Positions 50,935 to 59,649 of a stretch of DNA of 64,000 nucleotides are shown one piece after another. Position 1 is the first letter of the stretch. Each line of letters opens with the position of its first letter. This DNA comes from Turneriella sp. (lineage in GTDB: Bacteria > Spirochaetota > Leptospiria > Turneriellales > Turneriellaceae), in NCBI GenBank assembly GCA_965279515.1, contig CBDIID010000003.1, positions 608,001 through 672,000 on the forward strand. The letters are read 5' to 3'. The position numbers and the translations under genes are program-made. A model generated the notes under the pieces. It worked only from the letters and a program-made list of their open reading frames with translations, was not told the origin of the DNA and did not search any database.

Positions 50935-52206
50935 ATGCTTTGCAGCATGATTTCTGCATTTACTGATGCCTTTATGAAAACTGGCAAGCCAAGCTTTGAA
51001 TGGGGAGGCCTTAAGATTCCGGCAGCGAATCGCATCCTTAACTTTTTTCTGACATCTCTACAAAACCTTAACCTCAATCAGACTGAAAAAATAGACCTAT
51101 TTAAAGCTTTTGTAATCCTATTCTCAGACCTATTTTATGTCAAACCCTCGGCAGACGACGAAAAAGAGCAAACGAAGTTACAAAGAAAGCTGTCGCCAAT
51201 CGACAAAAGAAGAACCGCAATAATGAAAGCTCTTAACGGATTGAAAATCAACCTCAAGCCGACCGAATACGATGAGATATGCAATAAGGTGACACGCGAC
51301 AGCCAGCTGTGGAATTCTCTCAAATTGACATCGCTTGAGATCTTAGAAAAGCCTAGGTATCAGTTCAAACCACAATTCAGAACTATAACGACCACCGAAG
51401 CAGTGTTTAGGCATTTTTTCAAGGGATCCACCGTTCCAAATTGGTTTCCAAGGTTCATACTCAGTCATGCAGACGGATATCTTGGAGTTGCGAGAACAGC
51501 TATCGAAAGAGTAATAAAAAGATTTGAGTCTACTCCTCCATCCAGCATTAAACTCGCCGTAAGCGGGGGCAACAGCAGCTTCACCTACGTTTTTCGGCTT
51601 GTTGAAGATTTGCTCGAAGCAAAAATTAATCTCAATAACATTGATTTTGAAATATACACCGCTGGCGATCGGGCCTTTTTATCAGAGCTAGAAGAACGAA
51701 TAGACAACGCATGGATATTAAACTCAATTCTTAAACAACAGAGACTGAAAAGTCGATACGTATCATTCGAGAAAGCACGCGCACAACAGAAAAACGATCA
51801 AGATAATAAGCTCCACCTTGATGTCCTTTATTGCGGCATAGGCTCGTTTGAAACCCGCAACAACACATCTTTCAAAGAATACCTAGAAGACAGAAATATC
51901 TCTGGATGGGATTTCGAAATTTGCGATGAAATTTTTTTTATAACCGAGCCAAAGGATAAAGAAACTCAAAAAAAACTGCAAGAGTACTTTACCAATATTT
52001 TCAGACATAACGAAGTTGGCGCAAAAAGGAAAATCTTACTTTGCAACGGTGCAGAAAAGGCTAAGCCATTACGGAGCTTCTTGAGTTACCTATCTAGACG
52101 CCAGGACAGCTACACCTTGCAGAAACAAAACATAGTTACTCATGTCATCTTAGACACTGAGTTACTCCGCGCATTATTGCGAATGAGTCATCTCGCTGGA
52201 GGATAA
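50935..52206 (+). CDS. Protein with SorC/DeoR-type sugar-binding-like C-terminal domain
   Basis: LAVSGG, DVLYCGIG, GAEKA and THVILD pattern; unrecognised N-terminus. Confidence 0.55.
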   Translation: MLCSMISAFTDAFMKTGKPSFEWGGLKIPAANRILNFFLTSLQNLNLNQTEKIDLFKAFVILFSDLFYVKPSADDEKEQTKLQRKLSPIDKRRTAIMKALNGLKINLKPTEYDEICNKVTRDSQLWNSLKLTSLEILEKPRYQFKPQFRTITTTEAVFRHFFKGSTVPNWFPRFILSHADGYLGVARTAIERVIKRFESTPPSSIKLAVSGGNSSFTYVFRLVEDLLEAKINLNNIDFEIYTAGDRAFLSELEERIDNAWILNSILKQQRLKSRYVSFEKARAQQKNDQDNKLHLDVLYCGIGSFETRNNTSFKEYLEDRNISGWDFEICDEIFFITEPKDKETQKKLQEYFTNIFRHNEVGAKRKILLCNGAEKAKPLRSFLSYLSRRQDSYTLQKQNIVTHVILDTELLRALLRMSHLAGG

Positions 52207-52327
52207 TGTCATAAAGGAAATCGCAATGTCTTCTCCGATCTAGCTGGCGCCTTCACTTTTTTAGTCGACGGTTAGATTTACAGGTGCAGGGATTATGTAA
52301 CTTTAGAACTCACAATAGTACAGGCTT

Positions 52328-52435
52328 ATGGGGAAAAATATTGTCATCTGCTGCGACGGTGCAGAAAACTAATTGTCTAAACACCATACAAATGTGGTCC
52401 GCGCCTTTTGCAGAATCCTTGGAATTTATGCCTAA
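52328..52435 (+). pseudogene. 5' remnant of a DUF2235 (Tle1-like alpha/beta hydrolase) gene
   Basis: MGKNIVICCDGAEN*LSKHHTNVVR matches the family N-terminal KxIVxCxDGTxN...TNV; internal stop; truncated at J7. Confidence 0.65.
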
Positions 52436-52540
52436 AATGCAGTCGGAACAACCCGCAGGTGTGGTGCACCTTTGGGCCTCCCGTGCGTCCCCGGGTATTC
52501 CCAATTACGAACCTGAGTGGGCGGTGGAGGTAGAACTGCC
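52431..52540. mobile_element. Junction J7
   Basis: CACCTTTGGG..TGCGTCCCCGGGTATTCCCAATTACGAACCTGAGTGGGCGGTGGAGGT. Confidence 0.7.
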
Positions 52541-52660
52541 CCCCTCCCTTAAAGGAAAAACAGAAGTAATAAGTCCTAAATACTGATTAAGGCCCCTCCA
52601 AACCCGCCTTGACGGCAGGGTACAGAAGCAATAGAATGTGTTTTGAAGTAATGTAAGCTT

Positions 52661-55600
52661 ATGAAAATTGAGAAAGGAACTGTGATTTTAGCCGCCACTG
52701 ATCTGGCGAACCATATCGGATGCCACTATCTGTCTGGTCTCAATCTAGCCGTTGCCACAGGTACCAGAAATAAGCCTGATTGGAAGAATCCCCAGAATGC
52801 TGCTCTTATTGAGCGTGGCATAGCTCATGAAAAAGCCTTTATCGAAAAATTAGGTCACGATGGCCTTAATATCCATGACCTTGAAGATCAAGGGAGCATA
52901 CAGGAGACCATTAAGGCAATGCAAGCAGGGTTTGACATCATCGTGCAGGCTCCCCTTGGCAACGCACGCTGGTATGGTATTGTAGATATCCTGAGAAAAG
53001 TTGACCGAAAAAGTAAATTGGGCTCCTGGTCTTACGAGGCTCTCGATACTAAACTTTCTCACGAAACTCGGGGAAGCACTATTCTGCAAATGTGTCTATA
53101 CACCAATCTGATCGAAGAAATACAAGGGATAACACCTGAGTATTTCAGAGTTGTGAAGCCGGGAAACGAATTTGTTGAAGAGGTTTTTCGTGTATCTGAT
53201 TACTACGCATATTTTGGGTTTCTTCGCGATGCTTTGGCTTCGGGCTTAAGTCAGCCTGAAGCACAAAGCACGATTTTGACCAATCTCTATCCAGAACCCG
53301 TCACAAAGTGCGAGTTTTGTAACTGGGAACGAGAATGTCGCGATCGGCGCGTACAAGACGATCACCTTTCATTGGTCGCGAATATTACACGAGTTCAGAG
53401 ACGTGAATTAGAATCTCAAGATGTGAGGACATTGACGAGTTTGGCGAAATGGGAACAGCCCAACGATTGGCGGCCAAGTAGAGGCGAAACCGTTAGTTAC
53501 AAGAAAGTTCGACATCAGGCAGAAGTACAGCTCAAGACTCGGGAAAACAATCGAATACATTACGATGATTTACCGATCGAACCAGACTTTGGTCTCTCTG
53601 CATTACCTGAACCGTCAGGTGGGGATATATTTTTTGACATTGAAAGCGATCCCTTTGTCGGAGAATCCGGCCTGGAATATCTACTGGGATATTGCTACTT
53701 CCCCACAGGTAGTGCCGCGGAAAATCCCATTTATGAAGGGATTTGGGGGCTGGACTATGCAAAGGAGAAAACCGCATTTGAGAAGTTTATTGATTTCATA
53801 ACCAACCGCCTTCAAGAGTTTCCCGATTTGCATATCTATCATTATGCTCCATATGAGCCTTCTGCGATTAAGCGGCTCATGGGGCGACATGGGACAAGGG
53901 AGAATCAAGTTGATTTTCTCTTACGCAGTAAGCGCTTTGTGGATTTACTACAAGTAGTCCGCCGATCCGTACGGGTCGGGATTGAACGGTATTCATTAAA
54001 GGATCTTGAACCTTTATATCAATTCAGCCGGCAGGTTGAGCTTAAAGATGCATCTCGAAGCTTAAACTTGCTAGCATACCAACTTGAAATGAATGATGCC
54101 GATGGCATTGACCCAAAAACCGCAGAGAGTGTTCTGCATTATAACGAAGATGATTGCCTTTCAACATGGCATCTGCGTAACTGGCTTGAAGAACGTAGAA
54201 ATACCTTAATTGCTGGCGGAGCATCAGTAAGTAGACCCGTAATTCCCCCAGGAGAACTACAAAGTCCTGAGAGGACAGAAGCGCAAAATGAAATAGACAG
54301 ACTTAAGCAAGAGCTTTCTGCAGGTTTAGAAGGTGATCCTGATACATTTTCGGAAGATGAGCGAGGTCGATGGCTCCTGGCTCAGCTACTCGAATTCCAT
54401 CAGCGCGAACAAAAATCCCAATGGTGGGAATATTTTCGTCTTACAGAACTTCCTCCCGATGAATACCTTCATGAAAAAAGTGCCATTTATGGTCTAAATT
54501 TTTTGAGATCGGTAGGTGGCACCGCGGCCTGCCCTGTGCATCAGTACCAGTTTCCCCCTCAAGAAGTAGATTTGCGATCGGGTGCAGAATGTCATTTTGC
54601 GAAAGAGAAGTACGGAGAGATTGAGAGTATTGACAAAGAAAACAGAACACTTGATATAAAGAAGAATAGAAAAAGCGCCGCACAGCATCCAATTGCTGTT
54701 TTTGGACATTCGATTGTTCCGGATGCTGTATTGAGAGCTGCCTTACAATGCATCGCCAAATCAGTCGTAGCTCACGGGTTTGATCGCAATAGTCCATACT
54801 CTGCCGCCTTCGATCTATTATTACGTCAACCACCTCGACTTAGCAATGGTTTAGTTCGTTCAACCCTGCGTCAGGACAATGAGAGTACGATAGAAGCTGC
54901 GAAGCGTATCGTCATTGATCTACAAGGGGGAGTGTTGTCTATTCAGGGGCCGCCAGGTACGGGCAAAACACATACGGCGGCAGAAATGATCATAGCCTGC
55001 ATACAAGCCGGCCTTAAAGTAGGTATAACGGCTCTAAGTCATAAAGTAATTCGCAATTTGATTGAGAAGGTATGCGAGCTATCCCTTAGGTCTCAAATTC
55101 CAGTCCGTTGCTGCGTTAAGGTAAAAGAAATAACAGCTGGTGCCAATGGAAATATACTTGAAACAACGGATAATGCCGGAGCTTTGAATTTTCTGCGAAA
55201 TGATACCCCTTCAGTGTTAGGCGGAACAGCCTGGCTCTGGGCACGCCCAGAGTTTGCAAACGCTGTGGATGTATTATTTGTCGATGAAGCTGGTCAGTAT
55301 TCCCTCGCGGACACTCTGGTGGTTTCTCAAGCAGGCCGAAATCTAGTTTTATTGGGCGATCCACAACAATTAGAGAGGCCCATTCAGGGGACGCACCCAC
55401 CAGGGTGTGATCTTTCGGCGCTTGAACACCTTTTTGGTCAAAACCAAACAACCGTGAGTGCCGATAAGGGTCTCTTCTTGGAAGAGACTTGGAGGATGAC
55501 CCCAGCCATTTGTGAATTTATCTCGGATCAATTTTATGAGAGTAAACTACATAGTAAAGATGGCTGCCAATTCCAGGAAATACAATCGTCATCTCAATTT

Positions 55601-56095
55601 AAGGGCTCGGGCTTGTTTTATGTTCCCGTAGAGCATACGGGAAATCAAAGTCACAGCCCGGAAGAAATTGCCGTAATTGGAAGAATTATCGATGATCTTT
55701 TGGATGAATCGAGCACCTACACTGATCGTCATGGGGCAACTCAACCACTAACCTTACAGAATATCTTGATTGTGGCACCTTACAACTCCCAAGTAAGTTA
55801 TTTGCAAGGCCATATTCCGGGTGCACGCGTCGGGACAGTAGATAAGTTTCAGGGACAGGAAGCTGCTATTGTGATATACTCTCTGACGACTTCAACCCCG
55901 GAGGATGCCCCAAGGGGTATGGAGTTTCTCTACAGTCGAAATCGGTTTAACGTCGCGATTTCGAGAGCAACCTGCATTGCCATAGTTGTTGGGAATCCGA
56001 TGCTTTTCCAACCAGAGTGTCACGCACCAAGACAGATGAAGTTAGCAAATGCGTTTTGTGCTTTTTCCCAGAAGGCAAAGCTCCTCGAGTTATGA
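52661..56095 (+). CDS. TM0106-family RecB-like nuclease / RNase H-like / SF1 (DNA2/UPF1-like) helicase
   Basis: D..DTK nuclease motif, FFDIE..YNEDD, GPPGTGKT, DEAGQ, GDPQQL, TVDKFQGQE and NVAISRA. Confidence 0.92.
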   Translation: MKIEKGTVILAATDLANHIGCHYLSGLNLAVATGTRNKPDWKNPQNAALIERGIAHEKAFIEKLGHDGLNIHDLEDQGSIQETIKAMQAGFDIIVQAPLGNARWYGIVDILRKVDRKSKLGSWSYEALDTKLSHETRGSTILQMCLYTNLIEEIQGITPEYFRVVKPGNEFVEEVFRVSDYYAYFGFLRDALASGLSQPEAQSTILTNLYPEPVTKCEFCNWERECRDRRVQDDHLSLVANITRVQRRELESQDVRTLTSLAKWEQPNDWRPSRGETVSYKKVRHQAEVQLKTRENNRIHYDDLPIEPDFGLSALPEPSGGDIFFDIESDPFVGESGLEYLLGYCYFPTGSAAENPIYEGIWGLDYAKEKTAFEKFIDFITNRLQEFPDLHIYHYAPYEPSAIKRLMGRHGTRENQVDFLLRSKRFVDLLQVVRRSVRVGIERYSLKDLEPLYQFSRQVELKDASRSLNLLAYQLEMNDADGIDPKTAESVLHYNEDDCLSTWHLRNWLEERRNTLIAGGASVSRPVIPPGELQSPERTEAQNEIDRLKQELSAGLEGDPDTFSEDERGRWLLAQLLEFHQREQKSQWWEYFRLTELPPDEYLHEKSAIYGLNFLRSVGGTAACPVHQYQFPPQEVDLRSGAECHFAKEKYGEIESIDKENRTLDIKKNRKSAAQHPIAVFGHSIVPDAVLRAALQCIAKSVVAHGFDRNSPYSAAFDLLLRQPPRLSNGLVRSTLRQDNESTIEAAKRIVIDLQGGVLSIQGPPGTGKTHTAAEMIIACIQAGLKVGITALSHKVIRNLIEKVCELSLRSQIPVRCCVKVKEITAGANGNILETTDNAGALNFLRNDTPSVLGGTAWLWARPEFANAVDVLFVDEAGQYSLADTLVVSQAGRNLVLLGDPQQLERPIQGTHPPGCDLSALEHLFGQNQTTVSADKGLFLEETWRMTPAICEFISDQFYESKLHSKDGCQFQEIQSSSQFKGSGLFYVPVEHTGNQSHSPEEIAVIGRIIDDLLDESSTYTDRHGATQPLTLQNILIVAPYNSQVSYLQGHIPGARVGTVDKFQGQEAAIVIYSLTTSTPEDAPRGMEFLYSRNRFNVAISRATCIAIVVGNPMLFQPECHAPRQMKLANAFCAFSQKAKLLEL

Positions 56096-56146
56096 GCTTC
56101 TAATGAAGATTGCCCTTGAGCACCAATACGTCATATGCTTCGTTTA

Positions 56147-57325
56147 TCAAGTAAAAATCAGCACGAAGACGGACCAACACTTAAGTTCATTTGCCTCAAC
56201 ATGACGTAGGCCATGATTCTTCAAATGCGCTAAAACCGTTGGATGCGGATGCTTTGGACTGTTGGATGGGGCAGAAGTCACCCAGAAACAATCCTTCGGC
56301 AGCTTCGGCAGAAGCATCGGATTCCATCCCTTAGAGGAACCGTGATGCGGTAACAAATAAGTACCAGTCTTCGGAAACAAGTTATGGTAATGCTTCTCAA
56401 AATCGGAAAAGATGTATTGTGTAGCCAGATCCAGATCTCCCGTTAGAAGACAGCCAAACAGTATGGGTTTCGAGAAAAAAAACTTATGGCTGAACAATGG
56501 AAATGGAATTATTTTTAACGATTTTGTCGGCCCATGAAATAAACAGAGACTAGTATTGTTTCGGCTAATTTTCAAGCCGGCATAGATTGACTTAAGTTTC
56601 TTCAATTTGGTCCGGTCTTGAATTGCTGTCAGAATATCAGCCACTGACTGCAAACCTTCTCTTTGTATCATAGAATGAAATTTTGCAAGGTTTGCGGCGG
56701 GGATTTTCACATTGAAAAACTTAAAGAACCACAATCCGGTCAAACCGAATACAGAGTTATGCTTTGCAAAATGAAATTTTCCGTTCTCGTATTCATCGTA
56801 GAAAGTATCTCCATCTTCTAAATCCCTTAATTCTGCCGGATCTTTAAATACTGGTCTGAAAATATGATCCGAATCTGGATCTAAGTCAGGAAAATCTGGT
56901 AATTGACTATCTAAGTTATCAGGTTCGCCCCCGCGAATTACAAAAATATTTCCAACGCCACCCTCTAACAAGTAGCCTACCGGATTTCGAAGAAACTGTA
57001 AATACCAAGGCGGCGCATCCGGATCAGCGATAGCTAGCATTAATCGTTCAGAAGCTGTTACATACGGAATTACAACGGTCTGCGGAATGATTCCGTTCTT
57101 TAACAGATGGTCGACTCCGTTCATGTGATCCTGATCAAAATGCGAAATAACCAATAAGTCCAGCGATACTAAGCGCTTTTGCTTAATCAATCGATCTAGG
57201 ATGTTTTTCAGGTGAGTCGGGTTCTGTGAACCGCAGTCATACATGAATTGAAAATTATGAATACGCCCAGTATAGCAGAGCCCTTTGCCGACTTCTCTAA
57301 ATGTAAACTCACCAGTTGTCAGCAT
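56147..57325 (-). CDS. MBL-fold (ComEC/Rec2-like) hydrolase
   Basis: VGKG, YDCGS, SHFDQDH, NNTS, LTGD, PHHGS and HPHP motifs. Confidence 0.85.
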   Translation of the reverse strand: MLTTGEFTFREVGKGLCYTGRIHNFQFMYDCGSQNPTHLKNILDRLIKQKRLVSLDLLVISHFDQDHMNGVDHLLKNGIIPQTVVIPYVTASERLMLAIADPDAPPWYLQFLRNPVGYLLEGGVGNIFVIRGGEPDNLDSQLPDFPDLDPDSDHIFRPVFKDPAELRDLEDGDTFYDEYENGKFHFAKHNSVFGLTGLWFFKFFNVKIPAANLAKFHSMIQREGLQSVADILTAIQDRTKLKKLKSIYAGLKISRNNTSLCLFHGPTKSLKIIPFPLFSHKFFFSKPILFGCLLTGDLDLATQYIFSDFEKHYHNLFPKTGTYLLPHHGSSKGWNPMLLPKLPKDCFWVTSAPSNSPKHPHPTVLAHLKNHGLRHVEANELKCWSVFVLIFT

Positions 57326-57401
57326 TTATCCCACCCTTTTTATGCACACAGTTCCGCAAAACAGCAGGCGGGAAATAACTTTTGTAGAAAAACTAAAGTG
57401 A

Positions 57402-57938
57402 CTAAAAGGAGTATCCAAGCTCCTGCAATTTGATACTCATCGCATGCCGGCTGACTTCAAAATCAGCGGCCAGAGCTTGTAATATCTCGTCTTCCTTATC
57501 CATAAGACTCGGCATACGTTCAATTTTCAGCTGTTTTTCCAATTCTTGAAGAACCATAAAATCAGGCATCAACAATTCAGCAGCAAACCGGTTTGCTTCA
57601 ATTTCTTTTAAATGGAGTCCTTCAGAGGCCGCCGGATCCCTTAAGAAAACTTTATCAACGTGGATTCCTGGCTGATTGTGAAGGAAAAAATGTCCAAGTT
57701 CGTGGGCAATGGTGAATCGTTGTCTATTGATGTGATGGTCTTGATTGACAAGAATGCTTGCCCGGCCATTTTCATTGATTTTCAAAACACCAGATATGTC
57801 GTCGTCAATTTCTTTGCGGAACAAGTCGACCTTCTCCATTTTCGCTATCGCATCGACGTCTACCGCAGGGTGAGTGATGTTAGCCCGTTCCAATACTTGG
57901 TGGGCAAGGTTACGTATTTCGATCTGTCTTTTCGTCAT
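57402..57938 (-). CDS. ImmA/IrrE metallopeptidase (CapP-like)
   Basis: RQRFTIAHELGH and EANRFAAELLMP. Confidence 0.92.
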   Translation of the reverse strand: MTKRQIEIRNLAHQVLERANITHPAVDVDAIAKMEKVDLFRKEIDDDISGVLKINENGRASILVNQDHHINRQRFTIAHELGHFFLHNQPGIHVDKVFLRDPAASEGLHLKEIEANRFAAELLMPDFMVLQELEKQLKIERMPSLMDKEDEILQALAADFEVSRHAMSIKLQELGYSF

Positions 57939-58254
57939 GATTTACTCCTTCAAACAGCTTTTCTATTTTGCTGAATTGAGTCGCGTCGACTCGGTCTTTT
58001 GAAAGTAAATCCAACTGCGCACCCTTTGTTTTTATCGGCAGAATGTCCACAACTCCGACACCCAATGCCGCTGCAATCCTATACAGCCTGTCGATTGGCA
58101 TACGCTGCTTTCCCTTTTCTATGTGCACAACAGAGGTCCTTGTTAAGCCAGAATCCTCTGCCAATTTTTGCTGAGTGATTCCTTTTATCTCGCGATATCC
58201 ACGAATTAAATCACCTATCGATTCATAAAGCCCATTAATTCGCGTCCGTGGCAT
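57910..58254 (-). CDS. XRE-family HTH regulator (CapH-like)
   Basis: ITQQKLA..GLTRTSVVHIEKG; overlaps the peptidase gene; divergent from the MBL operon. Confidence 0.88.
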   Translation of the reverse strand: MPRTRINGLYESIGDLIRGYREIKGITQQKLAEDSGLTRTSVVHIEKGKQRMPIDRLYRIAAALGVGVVDILPIKTKGAQLDLLSKDRVDATQFSKIEKLFEGVNHDEKTDRNT

Positions 58255-58464
58255 GTTGATAAGTATATAGGCATTATACTCAATCGACCATAAAAAGTGA
58301 ATACTGCACACATTAAAGGTGCTATGATGGCGACTTTTTTTGGCACTCCTCGCATTTCAGTGCTAATATAGCTATGGTAGATAAGCCGTTTCTCAAGAAT
58401 TGGGTCTTTTTGCTCGAAACATGGATCGGCCTTCCTACATAAATTTCAAAATAGGAGGCCAACC

Positions 58465-59649
58465 GTGGCTGCAAAGATTTCCTTTTTCCCCGTAGGTAAT
58501 GGGGATATGACTTTAATCAATCTGGAAGATAACTCTCGCATATTGATCGATTGCAATATACGTCAATGGAATGAAGAGAGTGAGTTTATGGATGTGGCAA
58601 AAGAACTTCGGAAGAAGCTGCCAAAAGATGGTAAAGGCAGACCTTTTGTAGATGTTTTCCTACTTTCACATCCCGATCACGACCATTGCCGCGGTTTTAA
58701 TCAGCACTTTTTTCTTGGGAGAATCGAAGACTATGCTAAAGAACCTGAAAATGACACCGCAAGAATTTTTGTTAAGGAAATCTGGTCATCTCCAGTGGTC
58801 TTTCGCCGTTTTTCGAGAAATGATCAGGGTGAAAAACTTTCGTCAGATGCAGAATCCTTTCAAAACGAGGTTCGGAGACGCGTTAAGTTTTTCCGCGATC
58901 AGCAAGGTGACTTTTCAAAAATTCAGGATGGCAACAAGGTCCTCGTTATCGGCCACGATGAAAGTGATAAGACTAAAGGCTTAGAAAAAATCGCCTACGA
59001 CCCTGGAGAATCTTTTAATAAGATACGGGGAATCGCAAACTCACACATTCGCTGTCAAGTTTTAGGGCCTTTACCTTTGGCTGAGATTGCAACGGAAGAA
59101 GAAATACTTTGCAAAAATGACTCCAGTGTGATACTCAATATTCATATTTCACCCGGCCAAAGTGGAAATGACGGGGTAAAATTTTTTACTGGCGGCGACT
59201 CGGAAGTTGCAATTTGGCAGCGACTCTGGGAAAAGCATAAAGCTACCAAGGTTTTAGAATATGACGTCTTACTCGTGCCACACCATTGTTCATGGCACTC
59301 TCTGAGTTCGGATAGCATAAGCAAATCAGCCAATCCCAAGGTAAACGCTGATTCGAAGAAGGCCTTATCTCAGGCGCGAAACGGTGCATTCCTCATCGCA
59401 TCAAGTAAACCGATAAAGGAAAAAGATGCCGACCCACCAGCTCTGAAGGCAAAAGAGGAATACGAACAGATTGCCAAGTCCGCAAACGGGAGATTCATCT
59501 GTGTTGGAGAAAATCCAAATGAAACCAAACCTGAGATATTGGAGGTCTTGGTAGAAAAAGAAGGGGCACGCACAGAAAACAAAACCTTCTCTGTCATGAC
59601 CAGCCAAGCTCAAAAAGGAAGTGCTAAAGAACCTTTGCCACATGGTTGA
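58465..59649 (+). CDS. MBL-fold hydrolase with flexible C-terminal tail ending in PHG
   Basis: GGAGG RBS; VGNGD, SHPDHDH, NDSS, GGD and PHHCS motifs; tail ...GSAKEPLPHG*. Confidence 0.88.
   Translation: MAAKISFFPVGNGDMTLINLEDNSRILIDCNIRQWNEESEFMDVAKELRKKLPKDGKGRPFVDVFLLSHPDHDHCRGFNQHFFLGRIEDYAKEPENDTARIFVKEIWSSPVVFRRFSRNDQGEKLSSDAESFQNEVRRRVKFFRDQQGDFSKIQDGNKVLVIGHDESDKTKGLEKIAYDPGESFNKIRGIANSHIRCQVLGPLPLAEIATEEEILCKNDSSVILNIHISPGQSGNDGVKFFTGGDSEVAIWQRLWEKHKATKVLEYDVLLVPHHCSWHSLSSDSISKSANPKVNADSKKALSQARNGAFLIASSKPIKEKDADPPALKAKEEYEQIAKSANGRFICVGENPNETKPEILEVLVEKEGARTENKTFSVMTSQAQKGSAKEPLPHG

Noticed and set aside
24251..52540. CRISPR array interpretation of the repeated junctions
   Set aside because: Spacing is 0.7-13 kb with genes between, repeats are degenerate, and there are no cas genes
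52284..52586. 100-aa ORF as a real gene
   Set aside because: It overlaps the DUF2235 relic in another frame; only its junction-derived tail resembles other sequences
58465..59649. Antibiotic-resistance beta-lactamase
   Set aside because: ComEC-like motif set (HxDxDH, GD, HH), no signal peptide, defence context
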